From: Tubulanus polymorphus
Taxonomy: Eukaryota > Animalia > Nemertea
DNA: 64,000 nucleotides
Direction of reading: 5' to 3'
Assembly: GCF_964204645.1 (NCBI RefSeq)
Contig: NC_134028.1
Coordinates: 3,596,001 to 3,660,000 of the forward strand
The notes beneath the pieces are model-generated. The model had not been told where the DNA came from. It did not search any database and saw only the letters and a program-made list of their open reading frames with translations. This document shows, piece after piece, positions 12,765 to 41,118 of the stretch (the stretch's first letter is position 1; each line of letters begins with the position of its first letter). Position numbers and translations under genes: made by a program.

Positions 12765-15700
12765 TTCATCGATGTCAATTACTCGGAACGACAATAAGAT
12801 AGAAAAGACTTTGAACTATGTGATATTATTATATTGAAAGGGTGCATTATTATGTATACGGCATTACGGTGGCTGGCTGTGTGCCGCTTTGCTCATCTCG
12901 ATATCAAATTCAATGTTGTCAAATGAACGGGGTTCTTACGGGTTTTGGAAAATGGGAATTTTTTCCTGGCCCTCGAAAAGCTATGGAAATTTTATATTTA
13001 TCGATGGCTATGGAAAGATATGGGCAAATGGTCTCGAAATAAAATTTTTTGCTTCTGTTTTGAATTTTAGGCCAAATTTCTTGCTACACATTTGATAACA
13101 AATTTTATGAGAACACTTTGACAATGGTATTGATAATTGGCACTTGAATGGGCCTACACATCGCCTGTTCTAGGTTGGCGATGTGTGACTTAGAGGTTTG
13201 AAGAAATTACACAAAATGATATTAAAAGACCCGTAAGAACCAAGAACGAAACATTTGGTTCCGTTATCGAAGAAAGATCAAACTTTTTGTTAGCGGTTCA
13301 GCAGGTGCTGGGGTCCATCATTATCAGTTCGAAACTTTGGAAATGTACAAATTTTAATTCTATGATCAAGTCAAACTTGATCCACCGAACCAGGTCCTGA
13401 CTGTTCGCAAAAGAGAATATCATTGTTTCAAAAGATTTGGATGGCATTGATTTGTATTGAACGCATTTTTGATCGGGCCGATTGTGATAGTTGGTTGTCA
13501 TAATAACGATAGAAGGACTGTGTAACTGAATGAGTTAAAGATAGATCTCTCAGGAGACAGACAGAGAGAGAGACAGCTGAAGATAGATCTCTCAGGAGAC
13601 AGACAGACAGAGTGCTGAAGGCGTTGTATTTTTTTTTTTGGTGCCTGGCTGAACGCGGGCGTGTCTTAAAACGTTTTTTAGTGACCATTCCATTTTCTCA
13701 TGTAACCATGACTACCACTCGCGTTCCCGCCCTGAGATATGACTGAGGGGTTTCGTTTTGTATATATATATAAATATATATAATGCGATTGTCGTGGGCG
13801 TATTTTTGTACATATCTGTAAGTAACTAATAATGATAATGATATAAACCCCGCCCCCCTGTCCAAATCATCATGATGCTGATCAATCTTCCGATTCAAAA
13901 CGATTGATAGTCTCTTGCTAAATTTCTTCTTTTTTTAAGACCTTCCGGATGGATTGTATACTAAGATTTAATTTGTTTTTATCGATTATTTATTATTATT
14001 ATTATTATTATCATTATTATTATTATTAACTCAACCCCGATGCTTTTCTCGTCGCGAACCCCCCCCCCCCCTCTAAAAAGGTCGGGGTTAGAAAAGATTT
14101 TTCGCGCCATTCTCATCTGGCGATACAGTAATGTTTCATCAATGTGTCGATGATTTGCACCAGTGTAGTTGGATTGATTGTATGTATGTGGGAAATCATA
14201 CGGTGCTTACAATGACTACTGCTATAATAATGAACCAGGCAATTTTTCGCTTTTCGAGCTTTTTTGCTATTATGCCACTGATTGCTTGTCGTTTATTATT
14301 TTCAAACCGTCGTCAGTCCTGTTCGGTGTGACGTGCATTTAGTGAGAGCAGTAAGAGAGGATTCGATGTTTAAGTGTGTCGTGTTTTTTTTTTGATTACT
14401 TATTTAAAGTGACGACGATGTACAATGCTCATTAATGAAAACCATCTGAACAAACTTTGCCGTAAACGGGGTCGAAATCGTACTTAATCCGTCGTAAAAT
14501 CGACTTCTTTTCGCGAGATTAGGAGTCAATTTCTAGCACGTTTAACCCGATGCTCGGGCGAGAGAACGGCCCTACGCTACGTGTATTTATGGATAATGTG
14601 CGTTGTGTGTTTTTGAAATTCTTCCAGAAACGTTGACCTTATTTCTAAAAAAAAAAATCAGGACGAACTCGCGACTAAAAACGGTGAAAATATTCATTTC
14701 TTCTTCGGATGAAAATCTGCTGATCATCAAACAGTCTGATAATCTCCAGACAATCTTCTTATATTCAATGAAACATGTAAAACTCCTGGTTCGACGTATT
14801 CGTAGTTTTTGCACGAAGCTCTTTTTAAGTTATGTAACTGATTAATTGAATTAGCATTATCCATGACAAAGCAGTCTCCTCCCCGCATAGAATGAGGAGA
14901 TTGCTTATTAATTGATTTAGGCTATATTTAGTAAGTGATTTTATGTTTGCACTGCTTAACAACCGAGCGAATATTTAACGGGAAGAATTTTATACCGCGT
15001 GCGCTGCTATCGTGATTGTGAAAGTGGGCGAATTTAGATTTAGACGCCAAGATATACCGACAAGCCCTGAATGATATATATATAACACCGAGAGTGAATT
15101 ACTGTTGAAACGATGAATGAATGATGGTTGTTTGGAAAAAGCTTTATATCATGACTAAATAAAATCTTTGTGCAGCTGGCTAGTAACTTGTATTTCATCA
15201 AATGAATCACGGGCAGAGAAATATCTGCGATCTTAATTGGAAAGTCTTTTGTTATATTTATCAACAAATCTTGGCAGTGTTTTTATTTCTGTTGTAATTA
15301 GTCACAATTCAGTTTCTGGAATCTGCTGAATCCACGCCGTTTTTCAATACACACATCTTGCAAGTGTCTTCACGCGTAACACTTTTCGCGCGAATGTAGA
15401 ATTTTTCGAAATCTTTTTTAAGTTGTTGTAATATTTTATCTAGTGTAAAAAGGCTTCTTCGAGTAGGATTTTAGTTGGCGGATTGCTATTTAAAGAGAAG
15501 AGATACGGTAGTCAAACCTGAAGCAATTACTAGTAATTTGTAGCACCGGTTATCATAATACACCGGACCTAGTTCCACATATTTGAGTCAGATTTATTTC
15601 AACGTGTCTAAAATGAGTTCAGTGTCAAATTTAACTCGCACAACTATGGAACTCGGTCCTGGTGATTTGTATTTTAGGCATAATTTTTTATTGAAGGCGT

Positions 15701-16330
15701 TTTTTTTATCAGACCACTGCAACCCGGACACCAATAGTCTATGTCCAAATGATAAGTTGATCACTGATTATCATGAATTCTCATCACCATTTTGTCATTA
15801 ATTATTGACTTCGCGATTATTTTTGTTCCCGCTAATAAAGTTTTAACTGTACAAAGTTACCCGGAATATTTGTGATTTTATTACAAACATAATAAACAGA
15901 CAATCAGAATGTAAAATAGTTCACAATCTTTCTCTTCGATTCAATGAATTTCTGTTTTTACGTGAGGATTTTCAGACTGGAAGAAAGAAAAGGAATCTAC
16001 GAAAACCTTTGCTTAATTCGGACACAAATTTTTAAGGACCACAAAAATGTTGGGGAGATGGATCATATAGCTTTGCAGAGATTGGTATTATATCGAGCTT
16101 ACTATAACGTAGTTCCCTTCCCGCTAGCTTCAGCCGGGACAGGCAACCAAACCTGTCTCCTGATTGACGGGATTGTCGCAGGTCGCAGCAAATCTTGTTG
16201 CAAGTGCCGGGGCAAATGTATATTTGAAATTCCACTTCAACCGCTGTGAAAGCTAAGATTAAGAAAAATAGTAAAATGAGGAAATTGTACAAATTCCGGC
16301 GCCACTAAAATATGCCGAATTACACTGCTT

Positions 16331-16393
16331 AGGTTCGAACCGACCGTCGACATCCCGGAATCAAGGCCGTAATGATACCCAGTGCGCTATAGG
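16331..16393 (-). mobile_element. Degenerate tRNA-derived SINE head
   Basis: Minus strand has an A-box-like TAGCGCACTGG and a B-box GGTTCGAACC at tRNA-like spacing, but no complete cloverleaf. Confidence 0.45.
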
Positions 16394-18755
16394 GATTAGA
16401 GGAGTAGATGGCAGTGACGTGGCGGTTTAGAAGACTTCCGTGACCAGTCAAGCTTGGTGAATGCATTCACTAGACCTTTGATTAACAATTCGTTAGTTCA
16501 TCAAATTCAACCATTCGTATCAGACGGCGACGGTTTAGTTCGATTGGGATTCGTAAAAATTGAATTGCACACTTTGAGGAAGGCGATCATTTTAAAAGAA
16601 CAAAAACAGTTATTAATCTTTGAACCGGTGATATTAAAGATCTGAGAATGATAGCCCGTATCAACTGAATGTAAAAATTAGCATCCAAAGCCAGAAAGAT
16701 GAAAAGTTTTTTCTTAAAGGTTTTCTACAGAGACAAGTGTCTCTGCGACTGGCATTATAAAAGACGTCGGTCTGTGTTTTCCTGCTTTTAAGGAATGATC
16801 AAAGCCAAGCTGGTTTAAGATCATCAATCTTGACTGAAAGCTGCAGTAGTTATGATATTGTTTGATCATATATACCTTACGTTCTAATTCTGAGAGGAGA
16901 GTGCCTGCAACTGCCCATATTCATCCCTTTCATCGAGCAGACTAAAAAGGAATTTTGATACAAAAATAAAGATGAAAGACCTTTAATATAATTAATAGGC
17001 AAATTATTTGAATAATAAAGAGGCTGCGTCTTTCATCGTGAATTGCAGAAATGGATAAAACAAACACCTTTCGCGACATGAAAGGAAAAGTTGTTATAAT
17101 TAATATCCCGAATTAATACCGAAATTTTGGATAAAGAGATTGTTCTAATAAATGAATACTCGATCGAACATGAAAGGGGAACGCGTTTTTGAACTCTTTG
17201 CCTTAAAAGCATCACGCCGCACATCAAAAAGCTCGCGTATACGTTGGAGAAATTTCGTCGGTGCTGATGAGAGATGATATTTATTCAGCCGTGACATCAA
17301 AGACTAAGGAAAGAGTGGTAAATGCGGCATTTCCCGTGGCGAAACACCACTGTGTCAATCCACGCTGACAGGTGGACAAACAAAACCAGATCTTTTATAC
17401 CCGACAATGAAAGCAATTTTTCATCCAATATCACTGTTGTTATAATAATGCTGGCGGTGCAACAGGGGCCTCGCCAATGCACCAGAAACAGGGTCGTCAC
17501 TGCTTCTAGCGTCTTGAGTCACACATCAGACAAACTCCACCGGGCCCTCCGGTCCATAATTACTTGCATTCCTTTTATCCCTAATTCTGAATTGACATTA
17601 AAAGTTTGTATACGAGGCGCATTTTGGGCATTCACCTGCCGGCTCTACAAGCTACATATGCCTTTTATCTAAAAATTATCACATCCCATCACAAAAGATC
17701 AAGTCATTTTCGAGATTTTCCCCAAAGCAGTTTGAACTTCTGCTTAAAACTTTTTCCTAATATAGATGAAGAGTGTGTCTATCTCTTTGATCTGAAGCAG
17801 TAAGCGGCAACAGGATTCCCCGCCTTGCTTAATACTTTTAGCCATGTTAATGATTAGTAATGCAGCAGAATTTATTAGTTCAAAAGACGTTTTAAAGTCT
17901 ATTAAAAGAATGAATGATACATGTATATGTGATGATGTATGCAATCCGTTTGATTATGAAAGCATAAATGATAAGAAAAATCGTATATAATACCAAATGA
18001 AGCACACCCTTTGATCCTTTTGAAATATGATGCCAGAAAATGGGAAAAAATTATGATTCAGCAAAGTAACGTTAAAATAGGCCTCGTAGCAAAATTCTCT
18101 TTATAATGATTGAGGAGTTTTCCATACGAAACAAGTTGTAGCAGATCAAATGATAAACGATTGAAAGTTCCTTTGAAAGATAATCGCTTTGTATACCTCT
18201 GAAGTCATACACCATAATTAATATATGTTGAATATACCAATAGCATCAGCAGAACGCGAGTCTGAGCCTCGGGGGAATGTCAATAATTTTTACCAAACAA
18301 TAGAGAAAAAGAAAAAAACAAGCAGAAAAGTCAATTATGTGTTTCGTTTATTCATCTCGATAAATAAAAGCGATATATTCTTTATTAAAAAACAACAAAG
18401 TCACCTTAAAACAGAAATAACAAACACGTAAAACTAGTATTATCAAGAAATCCTTATACCGTAGACCACCTTATTCTGTCTCTGGTCAACTTGGAAACCA
18501 CTCTGAAAGTTGGCTAATTCTACAAAGATGACAAACTCTCAATTGTAGTAATCATGCTCAACACAGGTCTAGCATTTACCAATGCTAGAAAATAAGGCAG
18601 TCCACTGAATTTGAAAATGCCATAGCTTCATTCCGTTAAATGTTTGCATTGTCTCTTTTCTTCTAAATGCTGATGCCGATGCTTAAGTTTATTGAAAAGC
18701 GTCATACATTCAACAATCATTAAATAATTTAGATTCGTCTAGACATCACTGCATG

Positions 18756-20680
18756 TCATCGCTCTTCATCAGGTGTCTTCTCATTCGAAATGCGTTCCAT
18801 GACGTTCTCAAAGGTGTCACATATTTCACTAGGTTGCCATCTCCTGTCAACATTGGGAACTAAAGGATCAGGAGCAATGACGTCTAAGAGTCTATCGCGC
18901 AGCGGAATAACTAGTCGATAGGCGTGTAACATCATGCGATACGGGGAAACATCTGTCCTATTACTGTACGCATAGTCGCCAACTATAATGTGATTGATAT
19001 ATTGACAGTGAACACGCAGTTGATGCGTTCTACCTAAAATGAGAACATTGAAATTGAGTGTGAATCGAGAATACAATAGCAGCATCCACGGAAATAGCAT
19101 CCAACTTTAAACTGTAACGGAGACAACTTTTTGATGATTGTTTGACTGACTGCGTCAGATTTAGAGGGATAACTGGGGCACGTGGTCCACCTTCAAGCCG
19201 TCTGAACGAACCATTTCAGCGCATTGTGTCTTAAAACATCAAGATACATCTTGTGGGCTTGATTTTCCAAAATTTCCAGACCACCTGTCTGACGCTTGGT
19301 GCTACCTCTAAGTCCACACCTTGATCCATGAGTCGACTGACTGATGCTATTGTCTCAAGAAAATTTACTACGAAAGAGTAGCAATATCTCATGTGACTTA
19401 GTGGTAATAAATGAATTAAATTATTGAGTATGCGTTGTAGATTAAGCTACCTGTTGATGGCATTAGCAAAACTTTAGTGGCATCATCTCCATCATATTGT
19501 CCTCGTTCTAAGACAATGAGGTTTGTTAACGCTGATCGACTGTTCACACATGCTGGATGTGTGGACGGACACATCAATGTTCTGCTTTCTATGTCACTTC
19601 TCTGACCAATATCCGCATTGATAACCATATTATTGTCCTTGCCATTGTCAACATGGCCTCTGACCTGAATGGAATTCAAATTTGCAAATGAATTCAAAAT
19701 AAGGTTCAAGTCAAAAGCAATAAAAGGATTTTTGCTACTTACTAGTGCTAGATAGTACTTTTTTACAAGCCTTCTTTCAAATGCTTTTTGACATTTGGCA
19801 GCACCTTTTCGATGTTTTCCTAAACACAGCACACCAGATGTTGCATAATCAAGTCTATGACAAAATCTGTAATATCAGAAATTAGAAGTCATATCAAAAT
19901 GGCAAAAGGGATATTTCTGCTTGATCTTAGAACCTCTAGTACTGAATATGTTGATGCCAGTAAAAATCATTGTGGTAAGTCATACCTGAAATAATGTGGT
20001 AATGAGTGATCAACAATTTCTGGTCGAAGATGAGCTAATTGGTTGGATACTGTAACTTCTGTTTCTATTTCACCATTCACCTATCATTAAAAAAGGAAAC
20101 ATGCGATGAGAAAAATTGTTAGCCTTGTATTGTTTCTGGAATGAATATTAAGCCATACGGAGAGAGGAATGTCTTACAGTTGTTTCTTTTGGCCAGAGTC
20201 TGAGCTTGATCTCCAGTTAGAAACTGGACTGATGTTCAGGTCATGATTGAATATCTAACACAAGCAGCTCTGGTAAGATTCAAGAATAGGGGACTAGTGG
20301 TTAGGATTAGGGTTAGGATTAGGGTTAGGGTTAGGTTTAGTTCCCTAATCATCATTAATTACTATATACATTACTATCATTATATATCATCATTATCAAT
20401 TACTAATATTATTACTTAATTGATTACTATCACTACATATATATTGCTATAGTCCCCTATTCTTGAATCGCACCGCAGCTCTATTGAAATAGCGTCCAGA
20501 TAAGTGTAAGCCATGCCAACAACAAAATAATACAATATAGTTTAAGTTAGCACGGGCCTACTTGTCCTACTACATATTTCAGCTTACCTTCACATCATAA
20601 CGCTTATTCACAATGATCACATCTTCGTCTTCATGTAAAACTGATATGTCAGTTAGTTTAGCGGGTGTTCCTTGCGCCAT
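18756..20680 (-). CDS. RPUSD1: RluA-family RNA pseudouridylate synthase domain-containing protein 1
   Basis: Five exons (20680-20588, 20080-19986, 19866-19743, ~19664-19451, ~19032-18756). Motifs IIVNK, FCHRLDYATSG (catalytic Asp), KYYLALVRGH, TGRTHQLRVH, IVGDYAY, RMMLHAYRL. Confidence 0.93.
20266..20480. mobile_element. MITE-like element with ~30-bp TIRs enclosing (TTAGGG)-like repeats
   Basis: gattcaagaataggggacta ... tagtcccctattcttgaatc inverted termini; ggttaggattagggttagg array at ~20299-20341; in RPUSD1 intron 1. Confidence 0.8.
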
Positions 20681-21412
20681 GACGCGTCGATGAAAGTATA
20701 TATACCGTAATCTGGCCCAGCGATAAATATTCGTGTAAATTGTTTCAATGATGGGCGCTGACATCTTGTGTATTGCGCAATACCATTTCAATTCAATTCT
20801 TTTATTGGTTTCATTTTAATCGCTTTATTGATGTAGAGCAAGCGTAAAATATATTTCTATCATCTTATCTCCCATCGTCGATCTAACTAAGGTATTTTTG
20901 AAAAAAGATACTGCACAATAGTTGATAGATGTTCCGATAGAAAATAGGGGATAATAAATTATGATTGAATTTAAATCCGGTGAGTCCGCTTACCCGGAAT
21001 TTATCTAACAGAATTCTGGGATATTCTCTAGTATTTTGACATGTACGTTTTTGACCTGTCACAAACATTAAATGTTTGTTTGATGAATTTGCATGAATTG
21101 TAGTGTTGTAAGTATGTAATACGGTTTCCATTATTTAAATCTAACGATAGGATGCCTATACCTCCAGTGAAAAATTAAGAAATTAAATTTAAATAAAAAA
21201 TGCATTCAATTTAATGAAATTCAATGTTCTCTCTACACAAATCCAAATTTTGTTGTTTTTTGGCCTATGACTATAGATTGCATTCTATCAAACTGAAGGA
21301 GGTCGTTCCAAATTCGTTTTTAGTAGGGATTTGGGCTACGCAGGAATAATTTGTTTTTTTAACAGGACAGACATCTCTAAAAAGATGTTCAAGTGATAAA
21401 TCAGCTTTAAAA

Positions 21413-34809
<13,397 letters not shown>

Positions 34810-36341
34810 AATGAGATTGTGGTGAAACAATTAACGATCATTTTGCAGCTAATTTCGTCGTCAATGTTTTGCTCGCTATCCGTGGATCTCATATCCTGCT
34901 CCCTACTCATCTCATCATGCAGTAGTATAGTAATATTACGATCAGTTTGAAATCCATCGACAAGTGACTGTCTTTTGCGAAGAAAAACTATGAGGGTTTA
35001 AGCGTCTCTTAGTCTTTCTTCCAATATTGAGTGTTTTTTTTTCAATTTTCCAATCATTTTGGAATAGTGCATACGATGATGTACATGAATGTATATAATG
35101 CAGGTTAATTTTGTCGTGTAATTTCAAGTTGATTTCGAAGCAATAATGAGTTTCAAGTAGACTGAATTGTTGCCAGAACAGGATATTTGAATTCAATACT
35201 TGATACCCTTTTACCTCCTCTGAGAAAATCATTGAATAAAGGAGTATATTGAAAAGGAATAAGTAATTCCTCAGGTCTATTGTAATTTAAAAGAGCTTTC
35301 ACTGAATCATTATGTATTTTCATCCAAATCCACAATCATTTATTTTAATGATGAATGAGATCGATATAAGTAAATCACTTATTTGTATCATAACATTAAA
35401 TCCATTTATTCGTCATAAGCATTTTGATATTTGGTTTTTGTAAAAATAAAGTTTTCTTTTTCATGTACTCGAGCAGATTCTGTATATGATATTTGGATAT
35501 GTTTTCGAGGAAATATTCCTATATTCTTCACGCGCACTTACACGCTGATTGTAACGGAGATTTTAAGATATTATTGTGGAATTTTTAGCTTGTTCGTAAC
35601 GTGCTCAATTGAAGTGTGCTTGAATCTATTGGCTTATGAGGAATGGGTGATAGGCAGTGTTGATGAATGAAGCAGATACTCGCTGTAATGTCAAAATCCT
35701 CAAATAGAAATCTGCACGCATTTCAAAACATATGTGTCTTAAGCTTATATGGTGAAATATATTATCCGGTTGTGTTCTGATGATTTATTAGTGTGGGATA
35801 TGTTATAATAATATTAGATTTTGTTGAAATCTATCTGTGATCACTTTTATAAATGTACTACCGTGTATGTAAATGTATGTTTTTCACATGAAATGCATTA
35901 AAAAGACCAAGGTTATAGATATGAAACGTGTTGATACAGCAAACTTTCATGGACCTTAAAAGATCTTAGAACCTGCTGGTTATGAGATGAATTTGCATCT
36001 GAAAACTCCATTCCAAACATGTCTCGCCTACTTACGGTTATGTTATTGCCTATCTGTAGTCACTGTGCTGTAGGTTACATCATTTTTATTGCGCGCAAAA
36101 AGTAATAAAGATATGCAAATAGTTTTCTGTAAATTCAGTTGTTCCAGTCTTTTTACTTGATTTAGGAGGAGGAATTCTAGTATTCAGAATTTTCATCCGC
36201 AAAATTTTATAACCGAAGATAAGGAATTAAGCTTTTGTAAGTTTATTTACAGGCAAGATATTTACAAGAATCGACAATACATGCACAAAAATATCTACAT
36301 CGCTGTATTTGGCAATAATTAGAATATATAAAACACGGTGA

Positions 36342-39300
36342 TCACCGTTTCCGCGAGTAAATCGTAGTTTTACGCGTACAGTTAATGTGAAACGCAGTCA
36401 CGGGATCTTCGTGTACGCATGTTAATAGCACGCTACGGAATTTATCGATCAGCGTCAATAACTGCGACCGACGCAGATTCTCGTAAAACATTATATCCTC
36501 TAAATGATGTTTACCATTGAAATACGGACACAACCTACGTGAAAAATGAGATCGAAATTCTATTCATTCATTGCATCATTCGCAGACAGCAAAATGAACG
36601 CAGGGGTGTAGAGGTAGGCTGTATGTAGCACTACAGGCCCCGGCCTACACTGTAGCCAAGTTATAACTTTTAAAGCATGTTTAATTCAAATCTAGAAATT
36701 TGCTGGATGAGTTGAAGTGACTTTATCAATTAACTTACCGACAATAATCGCAATTGAAGTGATATCAAAATAATAGATTGAGGCATGTCTTTCATATTTT
36801 CGTGCTTACAACTTTATAAATCCCAACTACGACCCCGATACTTATTACAAACAGAATTTCATCGTACCTGGCGAATAGTTTAAGGTCGTCGTTATTACTA
36901 GCAGCCGGTACGGAAAGAATGGCTTGTCTCTTGATGACTGAAAGGTTTGATAGTAGATGCTCTTGATTACGACCGGACCACGCACTGGTAGTATTACCAG
37001 CTGACAGTGATTCCGAGGAAGTTTGTGCGGCGAGAGCATTCAGACTCGCATGACTAGTCTCCGGGCTGCCGAGATCACTCGCTGAAAAATTCACAACAAT
37101 CGATCAATTTACGATCACTCAAAATTTCTAGAAAGTATTGAGCAGGGTGGCCACTTTCCCCAATTTATGAATTCCCTGAGTTTTCCATGTTATAACATAA
37201 ATTTCCTGAGTGAGTCTGCTGCGAATGCAGACATTTTAAAAATTCACAAATTTTACAATTCATTTATTTTCCATGAATTGGGTATTCATGAAAAAAAAAA
37301 CCTGGCATAATCAAATTGCCAGAGTTTTTCAGGATAGTGGCTAAATTTGTCAAATTTCCCCGATTTTTTCGCTTTCCTTTTTTCCCCAGGTTTCCCAGGT
37401 CAGCGGCCACCCTGTATTAGAAAATTCTATGCACGGTGATCCCTACCTGATCCGACATCTGACGAATAGCTCGAGCGTTTGAAGAAATCTAAACTGTCGT
37501 CGGAGGTTTGAGAAGTAGCGCGTGAATGATTGGATAAAGGTAACGGTACATTCAGATAGACGTACGTGTGAAGCTGCATCAGTAGCTGATGCTGTAACAA
37601 CCAAACTACCATACGTACATGCTCGACCTAAACAATAAATTGAAATGTTCCAAGCTCTGAAAAAATCTGCCATATTTTTGTCATATATCAGGGTGGCCAC
37701 ATTTCATACCATCCTGAGTTTTCCAGGATGTCTGTAAAACTTTATTTAAAGATATTTCTGATTCCCTAAGTTTTCTAGGTCAGTGGCCACCCTGTATATA
37801 GTCGTATAAACATGTCACAAACATCTGAGAGACTTAAGCAGAATCTACTGTACTATGAAAGCCGGTTAGATTGTGTATACCTGCTGTTGAGGGAGACCCA
37901 TGACATCTTTGTGTTCGCCATAAGGAGTTGGCAGGGAAAACTCCGATAAAAACGCCGGTAAAGACATCCCTGGAAACTCTTTCGTGAACTCTTCTACTCT
38001 ATCGGATGATCTGTAATCAATACATTACAGGAATGATAACCATTTGATGAAAACACTGAGTCTGTGTTGTAACAATTGTATAAAATCCCACAATAAGAGT
38101 GAAGTTTCCTCGAGCTGGTAGTTTATTACAATGTTCGACTATATCATAATATAGTCATTTTCAGGAATACTTAAATTACAACAAAATAATGAAGTACATA
38201 TCAAATCCAGAACCGAGAGAGAATTAATTCATACCTGATAAATTTTTTGTAACTTCGTGATGATGACAATTGGGTTGAGGATATAATTAAAACGTTGTAA
38301 CGAAGTACTCTCTCAAGGAATCATTTTGGGACCCTATTTTTTGTTCATGTTGTCAGTTTTCATATCATTGTTGCAGTAGAGGAACAAACAATGATTTTTG
38401 AACGAAACTCTACTTACAACATAGTGTCGGCGTTTGGAGAAAGCATGTAGACATTGCTCTCACAAAGCGGGTATATGATCATGGCTTTAGCCCAATACAT
38501 CAGATGACTGACGAGCTGAAACACCTGTCGGGATTAATTGCCTAGATTAGTAAATGGCAAACTTGAATACCGGTAGATAGTAAGTACATCTGGGTTCTAA
38601 TACCTGTGATAGAGCTAGGTCGGCATCCAATGCCAGTTGTTCAAGTTTTTTAACGGGTGAAGCAACGCGTATAAGCCTGACTAGAGCAGGACTGCTGTCT
38701 GGCGGCAACAAGTCTAAAAGCCGATTGTCCTCTTCTAGTAACAGAATTGCGTGGTACGGCCTTCAAATAAAAACATACCTGATGTAAGTTGTATAAAGAT
38801 CACTGGTAGACTAAACTTCTTAATCATAGAAATAGAAACAACTAATTGTTTGTATATAGATTTCTAAATTGAGCCCTAATAAGAGCCTTTGCTGGTAGTT
38901 TACTGACCGTAATCCAGATATACATTTCTGTATGGCCTCTGGCTGCAAATAGAAGTTATTTCATAGATGAGGGTCTGAAGACTACGTCGTATAGTTTAAT
39001 TCCATGGATATCTATGATTCACCTCTATTCTGTAACAGCGAGCGACTAACTTCTGATGCACTTTAAACGGCATACAATAATTGACTTCTATCCACTTATT
39101 GATTCTCAAAATCACAACTCCGGTCTGACACAAGCTTGAAAGAAATATTTTGGTTTTCAGATTAACTGCATATATCTCAGTAATTGGTATATTTCCATAT
39201 ATAAGCAGTGAACGTACTCTTGATAAATTCCCTTCATGTGTTTTGCCAGTTGTGACTTCTGCAAGATTTGTGGAAATGGTGAGACCATGCTATCTATAAA

Positions 39301-40744
39301 CGACAAACCAGTATTTCAATTCATACCTTGACCGGGGAAATAAAAACATAACAGTAGAATCTGTTTATCCCGAAGTCTTATCCCATAACGAAATACTCAC
39401 CCTCTGGCATAGTGGAAAGTTCATCTTGAATACTGATTATTTGGTTTTGTTGTCGGGTCATGTATCCACATCGGCGCTCCTCATGTCTCAGAGCTATTGC
39501 TAACTGTTTTGCCAATTCTTGATAGCAATGGATGATCGATTGAGTGGCGTTCGCCTAGAAACGAATAATTGAAAGATTTCACTGTTTAGACTGATAGACT
39601 GGTTACCTCTACAAAGCTCAGCTTAACCTATCAGTGCTGACTAATAAAATACCCTGAAGTGCTGGGGATAATTTCGAAATTCCTCCCAGTGTGTTGAATA
39701 ACAGGCAACTGCTATAATGCGTTTACATCATGTATCATTCAGTTAATAATGACAGGTGCTGCCATCTTTTCTATTTCATTAGAGTTAAAAACTGATTACC
39801 GTACATCAATACTACAGCGTAGTGCGGTGTACTAGCACAATCCATCGACGAGTTATACACCGAACCGGTCATTCTTATAACGCCAATCGAAGTCGCGAAA
39901 TACGATACGATTACAAACTTACACGCAAAGCGAAGGCGACATTAAATGAAATCATAGTCGGCAATTCACGTTTGGTCGACGTTTGAGAAGTTGAACCGCT
40001 GTGACTGTGCAGTAAAGACGGAAATCCGACGAAGCGAACTTCGTCAATTTTCATCTCTAACCGTTTGCCGCATAATTCCGATTTTACGGCCAACAAATTC
40101 GCCAGCGTTTTGTCGCAGTACCTTGAAAAGAAATCTCACATGGCCGAAAAAGAAGACAGATTTCGATTTAAAGGCGCGCAATATTTTCGAACAACTTACT
40201 GAACTAGAACTCCTCTTCGAATACAAGAGGGTTGTCGTTTTAAAGCGCTGCAATGAAGAAAATCGAGATTTCATTGAACAGTTCAGCGCAAGTTTGTAAG
40301 AATAATTTTTGGAAAATTTACCAGATGCCTACATCTGATACAAACCTGTACGCTTCAAAATCTTCAGGTATACGACTTGCATAAGGGTTCTTCTGAAGTG
40401 ATGCTAGAAATAAAGCGAAGCGCAGTCTAAGTAACCAGTCTGTGGTATAGTTTCATGATCATGAATCTATTCGCTATCCAATTAAAGCGTGAGGGTGGGC
40501 TTACCTATGAATTGATAATGTCAGTCCTGTGTGACCAACACAACAGGCTTATCCGTTGAAACTTACCCTTTACTTTCACTTCAGAGTCTTGAGGCGGTTC
40601 GGATGGATATCTAAACAGTAACCGGTCTCCTTTACTTCCCGATGAGACTAAAATAATCGCCAGCGGTCGACCTTCGTCGTAGAAATCAGATTCGCTTTCT
40701 TTTTTCTCATCATCATTATCACTGGACAGTTTTTGTGAAGACAT
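36342..40744 (-). CDS. NPRL3: GATOR1 complex subunit NPRL3
   Basis: Multi-exon. N-terminal [96 protein letters not shown]; C-terminal [41 protein letters not shown]. Confidence 0.96.
37143..37414. mobile_element. MITE, CAGGGTGGCCAC TIR family
   Basis: cagggtggccact ... agcggccaccctg. Confidence 0.8.
37689..37794. mobile_element. Short MITE, CAGGGTGGCCAC TIR family
   Basis: Perfect 12-bp TIR cagggtggccac ... gtggccaccctg, flanked by TA-rich sequence. Confidence 0.82.
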
Positions 40745-40896
40745 TTTCTCCTACCACAACAGGATGAAATGCGAGCAGTAGTTTATATCATCATCTCTCT
40801 AAAAAATCCAAAAGTTGCTTGAATTGAAAGACGACAGACCAAATGATTTTTAAAAGACTGATTTTATGCTGTTGTTATTGTAGTAGTAAAATAGTA

Positions 40897-41118
40897 AGTA
40901 GGCCTACTCACAGGGGCTCGTATTTGAAGTTTTGGGGTGAACTGTAGGTTTAGATCATCCAATATCCAACCCAAGGTACTATATAGCATAGCCAGGCCCC
41001 CTATAAAAGAAAAGTACCTTGCCGATATTGGATGATCTAAGCCCAGGCTATGTGTGTGGCACTACACTACAGTTCACCCAGCCAAACTTCACAAATGACT
41101 TGTAGTGAGTTACCTATT
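40897..41118. repeat. Nested inverted repeats upstream of the NPRL3 start codon (MITE-like)
   Basis: Outer tgaagttttggggtgaactgtag / ctacagttcacccagccaaacttca; inner ttagatcatccaatatc / gatattggatgatctaa. Confidence 0.7.

Noticed and set aside
12473-12794. PTDR-repeat ORFs
   Set aside because: Translation of the (TCGG)n microsatellite.
16331-16393. tRNA gene
   Set aside because: A and B boxes are present but acceptor and anticodon stems do not form; treated as a SINE relic.
17297-17850. Possible coding region between Axin and RPUSD1
   Set aside because: Slightly GC-richer, but all frames have stops or no recognisable motifs, and no consistent exon chain was found.
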